This document shows positions 41,594 to 53,101 of a stretch of DNA of 53,101 bases, one piece after another. Within the stretch, counting starts at the first letter, position 1. Every line of letters starts with the position of its first letter. Origin of the DNA: Bigelowiella natans CCMP2755 (lineage: Eukaryota > Protista > Cercozoa). Made by a program: the position numbers and the translations under genes. The notes under the pieces were generated by a model. It did no database searches, was not told where the DNA came from, and saw only the letters and a list, made by a program, of their open reading frames with translations. The stretch spans positions 1-53,101 of the forward strand of contig ADNK01000869.1 in assembly GCA_000320545.1 (NCBI GenBank), given 5' to 3'.

Positions 41594-42608
41594 TGGAAAG
41601 TCAACAGTAGCGAAAGTCAACAGTAGCCGGCATTTATTTATTTCGTCTATCTGCTGCAAATAATAGTGGTAATTAGCCCGACTTCCCGTCCTTCATAATG
41701 TCCCGTCTTGTGATTTTTTACTACCCAGTTTGGTCAGCCAAACGAGCTTCTTCAAGCATAAATGGTGATGATGGTGATGATGATGTTGGTGATGAAACCA
41801 ACGCCTTTTATGAGGGGGGGGGGGGGGGGTGGGAAGCAGACATCACTCAAATGTAGCAACGAGTACAATAACCACAGAGAGGCCATCTATTAGCTACTAT
41901 AATTTCATCGATGGTAAGATAGGAATCATATCACTTACTCAAATATGGTAGGATAATAAAACACAACCCTGACGAAAACCACGAGCGAGAGATCGAACGA
42001 CATCAACTACTTTCTACACTAGATGAGAGCGCCATTGTGAAGGATGACACTGACCTTTTTTTTCGGCTTTTGTTCTTTGCTTTCCGAAGCGCCTGATGCT
42101 CCAGTCGTTGTCGTTGTTATCTTTGGTGGAGGTTGATCGTCGGTAGTGAAGAAAGGAGAAGAAGAAGAAGAAGAAGAAGTGTTAGTTGGAATGCTGCAAA
42201 GAGCTGGCAGCTTAGAAAGCAATGAATAGATGGAGAAGACACAGGGCAAGCTAAGGAAAAAAGGATCTTCAACACACTTCTACAACACCCTCTGCTCAAT
42301 AGCCCTCCCTTCTTACAGCGAGAGAAAGAATACATGGAGAACGATGCAAAGATGTTGGATGCTCACCCACCCCCTTTTTAAATCGAAGGTAACACTTGGC
42401 ACTGCAGCTGTAAACAACAAAACTAGTCACATCGAGTTCTTGATCATCAAAATAGGGATGTTGATCTATCATTGTCATCCGCCTCTATAGCCCACCCCCA
42501 TAACTTACAAGGGGTTTTCCGTCTTTGTGTATATTGGATCTTTCTTCCCGCACACGAAACACGACAACTGTTTGTTCCTTTTCTGATAAAATGGCATTTT
42601 TGTACCAC

Positions 42609-42639
<31 letters not shown>

Positions 42640-42697
42640 TATTGTTCATAAGTGTGAGCGAATCGGTACATAGTAATTGCAAACAACAGGGTAGTAA

Positions 42698-42730
<33 letters not shown>

Positions 42731-43122
42731 GGAAATGAGATAAGAGCGAGGGAGCTAGAGAGAATACACATTCATAGGAAAAAATCCTGGAAGATGGAAA
42801 TCGGTCGTGTACCGTCATCATGTTTTTGGATTGCTGCTGTCCTGAGCCGACTCCAACGCATCGACAAATCAAGTTTACACCCTCCAGCTAAGACAAATAA
42901 ATCCTATTAGTTCGGTCCTCATTATTGGTCAGTACAGTCAATTTTCGTACCCCTGGCTCCAATGTGCAGATTTGAGTGAAAATAGGCTTTCGTAGATGCA
43001 GTTTCTTTTTCTTTGGAAGAAGATCCTTCCATTCAAATTATCAAGAACAATAAGAACGAACAACACAATAATAACAAGGAGCCATAGGTGATGGTGTAAG
43101 CCGACTTTCGTGTGTGTGTGTG

Positions 43123-43156
<34 letters not shown>

Positions 43157-44371
43157 CGCCTCTTCCTATTACAATGTATGCAGAAGGCTACATCTTCATG
43201 GTAAACACGATGGATACCAGTCGTCGCCATAGTTTCAAGGTTATCAGGGTTATTGGCTATAGTTGTCTAAAATAGCTAATGGACACGATGCCCTCCACTC
43301 ACAACGAAAAGAGGAATGATAGAGACTTCAGTACTAGCTTAGCGTATTCCTTTTAGTTACCTTTTCCTCCTTGGAGCATCTTTTGGTACACCTTTTGGTA
43401 TGTAAGATCCCACCACCGTCCTCAACCGGACTCCTATCACCTGTGGTTTGCTCATCATCTCCTCCTCCTTTGTCTTGATAGTCGAGTACACTTTGATCTA
43501 TAAAGAACTTAAAAGGTTTCTCCCATTGTACTTCGCCAGTTGCAAGGTTGGAGTAGTACGGGACTCTGATGAAATATTGCAATCGTTTTCTTCTTCATTA
43601 TGTCATCGTCATTATTGTCTTTGTACAAAGCGATAAAATATGGCAAAACGTTGGGTTGAAACTCCAATCTAGCGAAGAGACACATGATGATCAAGCAAAG
43701 CTTTTACCCTGTTGCCTCATCGATGTATTGTACCCATTCCACGTTATTCTCTTCCCCTTCATCATCTAACAAATTTACATTTTCACGATGATACAAAGAT
43801 GCTCCCTGGTCATTTTTTCAATCATCTACCTTCATCTTCATCTTCATCTTCATCTTCATCATCCAAATCTTCTCCGTCATGCTCTCCTTCTTCTTCAACT
43901 TCCTCATCATAGTCAGAATCATTGTGGTCTTGTAGCGCTATCTTGTTTTCAGATTCTCCTAGATGCCTCGACACGAATTCCTGGAAGGAAAAGAAATGAA
44001 ATGAGGCAGTAGGTAGAGAAGCCTCACTGAATAAATGCTACATGATTATTGTTTATTGATTGCGAACCTTCGCCTGATGAAGCTGCTGGAGAATGTCTGC
44101 TGCTGTCTCGTCTTTTCCTGCAAGTTCTTTCATCTTACCAGAGATCTCTCTGTGGCGATTGACCAAATATAATAACCATGACTCTTACATTACATTTTGT
44201 TTGTTCAATTTGAAAAATTAATCAAGTACCGGTACATACTCTCGAATTTTTGGCGAACCCCCTCCTGATGAGTTAATTACTACGATTACTACTCATTACA
44301 CGCTGTGCACTAGTCGATCGGCACATAGAGGCTATTACATTGCTCTTGTCTGAAGAAGATGAAGATTCCAT
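40177..44371 (-). CDS. WW-domain-containing multi-exon protein
   Basis: EWVQYIDEATG|VPYYSNLATGEVQWEKP is a canonical WW domain, preceded by an acidic tract. A later exon, SCEILSYLEQRSLCGML, is weakly F-box-like. 3' end tentative. Confidence 0.65.
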
Positions 44372-44687
44372 GGTGAAGAGGCTAGAAGGAAGAATCAATC
44401 CAATGTTTTTGTTGTTGTTGAAGGATGTTAGTAAGTAGTGTATGCACACGAGGGGAAGGACACGTGCCAGCACAACAGCCCACTCACTCCTCTCAACACA
44501 CGTCGACTTATTGTTAGAGATTGATGCAAAACGCCCTACATAAACTACCAGCGACAACCAACATCAACGTTTTTGAGATACGACAATCATTTCGAATCGA
44601 TTTCTTCCATAGTATTTTCTCGTGCGTCTTGGTAATTTGATTGTCGCTACATCAAAAAGAGGCTGCTATATAATTCACCTTCCTACG

Positions 44688-45545
44688 ATGGCGGCCTCTC
44701 AAGGCAGGTCCCAAGGTGCCCCTTTGAACTTATCGATAACTTTTCCACGTTGATTTGGCTGTATACCTTCCAGTTGGAATTGACATCACTATCTATCATG
44801 TTAATCGGGGATTAGACAACTCCTATGATATGCTTTCATAACAACGCGTGAACGTTTATTGCTTTAATGAATGGTAGGACCATCACTTTCCGAAATTGTG
44901 ACACAGCATAGGAAGACATCCCAACAATTGAGATCAGATCTAGGTTCGTTAAGAAGTACTATTATTGATTCGAAAGACCACGCCCCAACTCTTTTCAAAC
45001 ACACATAAGATGCTCGTTATGAGTTAACAATAAGCTTGGTTTACCAACATGAATGTAGACAAGGAAAGGCAGGACTTGGTTAAAACAGCAGAGGAACTGG
45101 GTCAATCTATAATAGACAAGCTTGACAAAGGCGTAGGTAAAACTTATGAAAATCAACGAAGGCTGGAAGTAGAAGCGAAAACTCTGGAACGGAAGGTAGC
45201 CATAGTCAAAAACTGTAGTATTTATTACAGTAGCATTAAGACAGTCTGTCGTCTATCGTAGGTTGTTGATTTCGCCAAGGAAATAAATCAATGGACGACG
45301 CTATACTCTCAGTTCAACGACGCTTTGAAAGTATTTAAAGAAATTAGAGATAAATTCAACGTGAAACCTTACTATCTTGCTTCTTCTAGGAACTTGGGGA
45401 TGTTAAGAACTGGGCGCAAGGTATCGAAGCCGACCTAAACGACATAAATTTATCGCTGACTAAAGTGGTGAGTGAATCACAGAAGCGGTCTAATTCCACA
45501 CGTTCAACGGGTGAGGAGAAAAATAAGCCAGCAAAGAGTAGTTAG
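44688..45545 (+). CDS. BLOC1S1: BLOC-1 subunit 1 (BLOS1/GCN5L1)
   Basis: IIDKLDKGVGKTYENQRRLEVEAKTLERK|VVDFAKEINQWTTLYSQFNDALK|ELGDVKNWAQGIEADLNDI is the BLOS1 signature. Confidence 0.93.
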
Positions 45546-45699
45546 TCCAATGTCTTTGCATGTGATCGATGTCATTAGTCAATGATCAAATTCCTCCTGC
45601 CCACATCGCTACAAGCTATACTTGAACAGGGTTGTTCCATAATATTCATCAGCATTATAGATTGAATATTGAGAGAGAACAAGTGTATCTTTTGAGTGT

Positions 45700-46360
45700 T
45701 ATGCGTTTCAACGTTTCACAAGTGTTCTGTGCCTGATCTAGCTGATGATGCATGCGACAGACCATGTGAAACGGCGCATGTGCCACGCATGTATGTCCAG
45801 ATCACCGCAATGCACTGAGCAGCGCTTACGGTAGTCTCTTTAATAGTCTAATAGTACTAGAGTACGTAGCATTTCTTATGTGATCTAGCTATAGTGATTG
45901 ATGATTATGTCGATCGATATGTATACACATCGATCTAGACATAGCTAGCACATGTGGCGGCTGTCTACGATACAATCTGCTAGAATGCATCGCGATGCAT
46001 GTAAGACGGATGTGATGAATCAAATTAAATTTGTTCAATGGTCATGACGATGTGAATTACATCGTATCTCTACAGATCTACAGAGATCTATCGAGCTTGC
46101 TGCAATGCTAGAGCGTGTGCTGCAATGCTATATACCAGTATAGGGAGAATAAATATTGCATTGTGATATAGATAACTAGATAATTTGATGCTCGTACGAT
46201 GATGCGACAATGATTGAGATCGATGCATCGATCGAATCGTACATGCTATGACACACAGTCTAGCAGTGTGCATATGTAGTGCTAAAAGCGACTGCCTAAA
46301 TATATCTAGACGTAATGCATCGCGTCAGTCTAAGTAGCAGCTACATGCATGGCTGCATAA
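45700..46360. repeat. Junction tract 6 (BLOC1S1/SPPL), contains shared repeat core in inverted orientation
   Basis: Very dense GATC/ATCGAT/CTAG/TGCA; core aatcaaattaaatttgttcaatggtcat at 46018-46045. Confidence 0.65.
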
Positions 46361-46654
46361 CGGTAATTTTTGCAGCATTTTTTAAGTGCAGTATTCATAT
46401 TAACAACTTTGCCGCAGTTTTATTTATACACGCCACGTGTGTTTAGTTACGACTATTCTAATCTCTTTCCTCTTCCCTTTGCCGAAGTAACAAGCGTATA
46501 ATGAACATAAAAACTGAAAGACCCACAGATGGCCATTTACTAAGCTATGCTCATTGGATTCAAAATTCGAGTTTCGAATATGATACGTTGACGATCACTT
46601 AGATTCTTTAGCCCTTTTCCTCAAATTACTTTGTCCTCTGTGGCGGTTCCTAGT

Positions 46655-47800
46655 TCAATTATTTTTGTATGGCTCCGAATTGCCATTCATGTGATTCATG
46701 CTGTAGCCCGAACCGTCAATTGGTACCTGTACATATTGCAACCAAACGAAAGTCACTTTTAAAGTTAATCGATCATTGTGCATTACCATTATCACATCCT
46801 CATCATCATTAGTTGTTATTCTTTCATACACTACTATTATCTAACCGGTGGCTCATTCATTCCTTTGCCTCCCCAGAGCGCTTTTAGCGAACCTCGCGAC
46901 TTAGCTAGCATGAGGACAGGGAGAAGCACACAAGGAACGATGTACAAGAGGGCTGGTTGTCCCATCTTCGTAGCGATGAGGACAATGTCGCATAAAATGA
47001 GGCCAGCAACATAGCCTATCATCGCCACGGAGAAAAAGCCAATCACGGTATTAGTGCGGCGGGAACGGTCAGTGGAGCATGAATCGCCAAACACCCAGTG
47101 ATGGTCCGTTTCATAGTCGAATCTAAGGAGGTGTGAAATGTACAATCCCGGAATAGCAATATCTCCCAGACCAAGGAGCGAGTCTCCAGGAGTAGGATCT
47201 GTCAATCGCGGCATCTTTAACAGCATAGGCATGGCCTCTCCGGAGCTGAATAAGATGATAACGACGACGATGACAACCAATATTAGCAACCCGGCAGTTT
47301 TGGATATTGAACAATTGCTCGAATGCATGCGAACATTAGAATAAGGAGAAAAAAGAAAGAGCTAGTGAAGTGGAAAGAGTAGAGGAAAAGAAAAGAAAAG
47401 GAGATAGATTATTGTCTTGATTGTTCTCCTTCGCCTAATGCTCGTTTATTTTTTCTCCAAAGACTACCTTCCTCCTGTCGCAACTTTGACCATAACGCTT
47501 TGCTGGAAGAAAAAGGGGGACAAGAACACCCAAAAAATGTCGTACAGGAATGCTAAAACTAGCAAAATCCCAGCTACTTTTACGTTCGGAAGCTGTACGG
47601 TCCTCTGAGTAGATAATAAGAGGAATATAATGGAATTACATAACATTGTTCTGGGCTAGGAAACGATAGAAATCGACTGGAGTGCAGACTAAAGCTCAGA
47701 AGAGGTGAAATTCTATAAGTATACTAATTTCCTCATGATTTTACTCAATCGGAGAAATTGGCGATAAATCATCATTGTCTTTGCCAAGCACTGTTTTTTG

Positions 47801-47835
<35 letters not shown>

Positions 47836-49346
47836 GGAGAAACCTGTAAAGTGAGAAGAAAAGCGATGCCAAGAATATCCTGTAGAATCCACGCAAACGA
47901 AGCCTTGCGGTATACACCCCAAAGTACAGCCAGGCCAACCGAGATTACGGTCACAGCAGTGTTCACCCTAATTATAACACAACACAATGTAAGATGATGC
48001 CTCATTTCTAGCGAGTAGACATTTTGGGAACCCATGTTTGAGAACACACAAACACACACACACGCGCGCGCGCGCACAAAACGAAATACCAAGTGATTTT
48101 GCCCAGCTGTGGAAGTTGATAGGATGCAGTGGTGAATGCAGGCGGTAACACAGTCTTTGCGAATGAAGTCAGAGACAAGAAGAGTCCTTGCGCCCCAGCC
48201 AGACAGAAGATGAAAACCAATACGTAGATTAGGTAGTCAATGAAGTAGAAGAGAATCACAAGGCCAAGAGACGCAACCACGATGAAACCCTGAGGATGAA
48301 CACCATCATATTTAGTCATTCAATACAGAACGGAAGATAAGATTAAGAGAATGATGGTAGATAGACAATAGAAAAAATGTACATTATGGTGCATGATAAT
48401 AAAATAATGAGAAAAGAATATACACTCTAGGTTGCAATCAAAATTCTGCGCTATTTTTAGATGATCAACCCATGCGAAGTATTCATTTAGTACGGCCGGT
48501 TCTTCTTCTTCTTCTTCTCCATTTTCAGCATCAATTCTTGCGTAGCGAGCAGATCCATCGCGCTCCCTTGCAGCTGACCAGTATGCACCTCCAGCAACAG
48601 TTCCCACTGATATTGGATACGGAAGACAAAATGAACATAACAACACGCTTATGTTTGCACATTTAAATGCCAATAATTCAAAGGAATGAGGGAAAGGAGG
48701 AGAAAGGAGGAATGAGATAGAGAAATAGACGCCGACCTGCCATTAGAACTAGCACAGCGATTGATGCGTCAAAAAGAGGACGCTCGAAGCGAACGAGCTT
48801 TCCGTACACGGTGTGCTTCTTAAGTGCCTGAACCAAACTTGCTCCTGAAACGCTATCGATCATAACAGCCGGGATGGGTAATCGCTTGCTCCCTGGACTA
48901 GCTCCCATTTCATAGATTTCGGTCGCGTTGTTAACAACAACACATCCTGCAGCACCTGCGCGCTCGGCGAAGGCACACTTTGTACTAAAAGCGCATTCAC
49001 CTCTTCCCATGACCACTATGGCTCCCTTTACACCGCTAATTGGCTTGCATGCTAGGTAAGGCTTAGCAAGAGCAAATCTTCGACCAGCAAGGGTTGAATT
49101 CTTTTTCCCAAAGCTTCCAAACAGTCCAACGAACTGATTCGCTGCAGAGCTAGGTTTCTCAATCTATTTAAGGGAGAGTATGGTAAGACAGCAGAGTGAA
49201 GAGACGGTGTCAAACCAAAGGTTTCGAATGATGTACTTCCCCCCCATCATACTTACTTAGTACTTATTTTCTTTTCATACCTGAACGAATGCATAATCAG
49301 CTGCAACAGCAGTGAAAATTAATGCGTGCAGAAGTCTTGATATCAT
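46655..49346 (-). CDS. Signal peptide peptidase-like aspartyl protease (SPPL2-type) with PA domain
   Basis: Signal peptide MISRLLHALIFTAVAA; PA domain RGECAFSTKCAFAERAGAAGCVVVNN; catalytic FLYDIFWVF and LGLGDIAIPG; GQPALLYIVP. Confidence 0.93.
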
Positions 49347-50256
49347 CGTCTCCTGATGTGGTAGTGTAAGGTTCAAAACATTTGTAACGCCCCTTTGCAC
49401 CCTTTTCTTTCTTTAGATGCATTTTCTCTCAGAAAAAGACAAAGTCATTATTAAGGTCTTCAGTTAGATCCCATTCTAGGTAAAATATAGGCTATCCAGG
49501 GGACTGGCTTGCGAAGAAAATTCTCTTGGAAGTGCAACAGTAAAAATTAACCCCGTGTACGGAAAACATTGGGTAGCACAATATTTCATTTGAATTATCG
49601 TTCATTGAATAAATTTATGAAACGCGAGCGGGAAAGAGATGAATCGGGGTAAGAAAACCACAGGGGGGGGGGGGTACAGTGTTCGGCACCTGTCCGGCAA
49701 AATTCTTCAGATCCAGATTAGAACGAAGCGAAATGCTATTAAGTGACATCCATGTACGATTCCTATGAAAAACATGCATATTAGATGACGTCATACCCAA
49801 AATGCCCTTCATTCTTTGGTAGTGTCCGATGCCGTTCGCTTCTGATGGAGTGATTCTTCCTGGTTCTTTTCTGTAGGTAGTAGACCGCTGTGTCCGCGAA
49901 TAATATATTATTGTCGTAAGTAAAAAATCCTCAGGAATTCATGCTGAATTTAGAAGCTCAAATTGTCAACTGATGTTCTTTTGTACGACAACCCTGCGCA
50001 GTCGGGTTGTCGGCGAAAAGGCCAAATATGGATGACATTCGTACAGACATTTTGCAAAAAGGCCCTGCTATTTTGTCAAAATCCGATAAAATCCGACGAT
50101 GGTGTGTACAAATACGATGTCGTACAAGGAGCGTTCCCTAAATGCCTCCGATGCTCCTATCTTCTGAGAACAAATCAGGAAAAGCAAAGAAAAACAAGGG
50201 AAAAAAAAAAGAAGGCGCGCAAGCAAGTCAATCCAGCACGTCTGCTTTACAACAAG

Positions 50257-51699
50257 ATGATGGAGTTCTCGTTAGCCCAAGTTATTTCGGATGCAATCAA
50301 ATGCTTACTGGCTATTTTCAGTATTGCCTGGGGAATTAATCAGATTCGTGGAGGCGGGTACATTTGGAAACCTGAATCGATTTTGTTCCTGCGTAATGTT
50401 TTTTAATATAGAAACCGAGCAAGTCAGATCATTCGCAAAACCTCTGTGATCTCGGCAGCAATGTACTTATTGCTTGTCATTGGAGCGAAAGAGCCTTTAT
50501 ATTTTGGGTGGGAGGCATTCAACGTGCTGAATGGCACATTCCTTGTAAGTCAACAAAGTAACATCATGTCTAAACTCACACGAATAATTTTATTTAGGCA
50601 CTTCTGCTCTTCAACTTTATGGTAGTACCTGCTATAAGCCTTCATTCTAGCATGTTATTTCTTGGCTTCTTATCGCCGTAAATGTGTTCCAATTTTCGTA
50701 AATGATTATAAAAGAACCTATGCCTCTATATAACGGACGCGAACTACATGGCCTCAAATCTCACTTACGCAACTTCGAAACGACATAAGCTTCTCTACAA
50801 CCTTGGTCGACAATTTCACATTTTTTAAACTTCTATTTTTTTCGTTACGAAAAAAATATATGCATTCAGGGGTGGGATTTATTATAATCGTCGACCTCGT
50901 CGCAGTTGTCTTGATCCTGGTACAAGATAAACTATATTGGACGGGATTGACAAACTTAGCCCTAGTATTAGCTATCAACTTCGGAGCCTCAACTGCATTG
51001 CATTCCCTTTATGGTCTCTATAAGATGCTTTGCAGAAGGCGGGACATGCTTTGTATGAAGGAGCTTTCCATGCCAATACCAGAGAGCAAGTCATCCAATC
51101 CAGGTTATACTAGACAAGACTCTAATAATAGTTCCAGATTAGGCCATCTCCACATACAGAAAACCTCCAGTCTACCTAATGATAGTACATGTTCAAAAGA
51201 ACAGCGTTGTTTTGAAAAAAACCATGCATCTATGGATGACGTTAAGTCCCGACCGACCAGTAACAATGCGATGGAAAAGGCGTATACTACAGTTTCCCCG
51301 TCCTCGACATATTTTCGAAAAGAAGGATTTGGATCTCCCACCTCTTTAAATCGTCAAGAAACCAGCACATCTGGTGGGTATTACATGAAGCAGAAAGTTT
51401 TGAAGTTTCGGAGCTTACAGAACGCACAAGAGGAGAGAGCACGAAGGAAAATTTATCGCCTTGTTATCATTGGGGTTATTCTGTATATCATTATAACCAT
51501 ATTGCTCATTGGATTAGTCATCTCAGCATTCTCAGAATCCGGAAGTTATTCTGAGAGTAGAATTGAATCCAGAGCTATGTACGATCCGGTAGAAGATGTC
51601 ATACGTTATCTTGTCATTTTTGTGAATTTTTATTTCCAATATTACTCGTCAAGCTCAAGGAACAACAAATCAATAGAAAACAAGCCCATGGAGTCCTAG
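50257..51699 (+). CDS. Multi-pass GPCR-like membrane protein with long S/T-rich loop before the last two TM helices
   Basis: Several hydrophobic helices across exons 50257-50357 and 50412-50544 and the 50803-51699 ORF; about 140-aa polar loop; C-terminal YFQYY motif shared with the 13.4-14 kb fragment. GPCR-like refers to topology only. Confidence 0.7.
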
Positions 51700-51719
51700 A
51701 CTATGGATTACGACATCAT

Positions 51720-52100
51720 TGAGTGTAGACAAGTGCATCAAGATGAACTCAAATCAGTAGCTACATCTAGTACACGGTTGCCATCTGTGATGGAATCGCA
51801 AGCACAGTCCAGTGGTTGCAAGCTATAAAGCGATATGGTGATTCATGGATTCGAATGTTTTCGCATGTGACTCCAAAGCTGGCACATTATTGCTGCGCGC
51901 GCTCGCGCGTTCCTGCGTGTTGTATAGTGTGTTTGAGGTGTGCAGTTGATGTGGCATCATGCAGCATGCAGTCATTGCAGTGGCACAGTGCGTGTGATGA
52001 TCGAACAAGTGCGCCGTTCATGTTGCACACCCACGCGCGTCTCTTTAGCTAGCTCGCCACCGCCAGGCCACGTGCCGCACTAGCGTGCAAGCAATGAATG

Positions 52101-52175
<75 letters not shown>

Positions 52176-52680
52176 CGCTTGACGCACACACACCTGGACA
52201 TGCACGTGGTCACAATGTCACAATCAGCCACATCACACGGCACCGGCTCGACCTGCTGCAGGCTTGGCTTTGCTAGTTTTTTTTTGCTCAACAAGACGAG
52301 CAGCTGAATGTCTGAAGCTGGTGAAGAACTGCCCAGGGTGTTCCAGCACGTGTTGTTGTGTGAAATCAAATCCTGCATGCAATCGTGTGCACGTGACGAG
52401 TGGTTCGAACTGTTGGTGATGATTGCACGTGCACCCAGAAAAATGTTGCGCGTAAGGTGTTCACAGGCCGAGGCGCTACGTGCACAAGTAGGCAGGGGGG
52501 GGGAAAGGCACGTTTGCTTCCTTTTGAAGAGTTGTGTTTATTTTTATTAAAGATTATATTTTTATTAAATCGTGCACTGCGTAATCATTCGCGAAGCTTT
52601 CGCGAATGCCGCCGCACGTGGGGCAGCACACTTCCGGTGTGCTGCCATGAGTCCCGCCGGAACCCACGTGCCTATGCTGT
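51720..52680. repeat. Junction tract 7 (membrane gene/recombinase relic), with (CA)n and a hairpin
   Basis: Rich in TGCA/CACGTG/CATG; perfect hairpin cattcgcgaa-gct-ttcgcgaatg at 52586-52608. Confidence 0.5.
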
Positions 52681-52729
52681 ATTAATATCTACGTTATCTA
52701 TATTCTATATCCGCGACAACCCCTTTGTT

Positions 52730-53101
52730 GTCGCACGTGACTTGTGCCCGCGTAGTGGTACGCGCTACACCTCCCCCAAGTCACGTTGCTCCTTCCTTCC
52801 TTCCTTATTCCCTTAGACCTTCATCGCTTTCGGAACTTCACCAACCACCAGGTAATAGATTCCTCTCTAACCTTATCTCCTTTGTCGCTTACCCAGAACT
52901 CACCTTCGTCCTTAGGTTCGTGTCCATACCAGCCCTCTGCATCAAGGTCCCCCAGGACCTTATACCAGTGCTCAAAGGGTAAGTCGGGAACAGCTAGGTA
53001 GAGTAGCTGATATTTTCCGTCCTTTATTTTCATAGCTACCCTCTCCATATTTCGTAATCCAGGGTAGCCTAGATAGACAATCTTCATGCGCCAATCGTCG
53101 T
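52730..53101 (-). mobile_element. Possible degenerate tyrosine-recombinase C-terminus (DIRS/Crypton-like relic), truncated by the window edge
   Basis: Intronless ORF 52821-53087 (..KDGKYQLLYL..FWVSDKGDKVREESITWWLVKF). Past its stop, and after removing one ggaa unit, it reads SKGIRKEGAT*LGGGVARTTTRAQ, resembling the HSxRxGGATxLxxxGV box of tyrosine recombinases. Confidence 0.35.

Noticed and set aside
50390-50415. In-frame TAA or apparent 19-nt nucleomorph-like mini-intron
   Set aside because: A 54-nt GT-AG intron (about 50358-50411) restores the frame; the 19-nt version does not.

Overview
Eukaryotic nuclear DNA with GT-AG introns, dense microsatellites and about 16 multi-exon genes. No prokaryotic features, rRNA, tRNA or CRISPR were seen. 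Signal-plus-transit leaders, a flagellar assembly gene and a signal-peptide-bearing SBDS suggest a flagellated alga with a complex plastid, most likely a chlorarachniophyte; this is inference. Genes spliced by eye: two unknown minus-strand genes, a kelch protein, a bacterial-type SGNH/GDSL hydrolase, a broken membrane-protein paralog, an RDD protein, an unknown plus-strand gene, plastid-type DUF4336, an SBDS-like protein, a large UBL-domain protein, DNAAF1, an atypical mitochondrial carrier, a WW protein, BLOC1S1, an SPPL-type protease, a GPCR-like membrane protein and a possible tyrosine-recombinase relic. Main observations: (1) genes sit in head-to-head units, and all seven tail-to-tail junctions carry a 0.4-1 kb tract rich in CTAG/TGCA/CATG/AGCT, two of which share a 27/28-nt core; (2) the SBDS leader ends in the ubiquitin C-terminal motif LRLRGG; (3) the SGNH gene looks horizontally acquired and later intronised. 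Exon boundaries are manual and approximate, and family calls are from motif recognition, not database searches.
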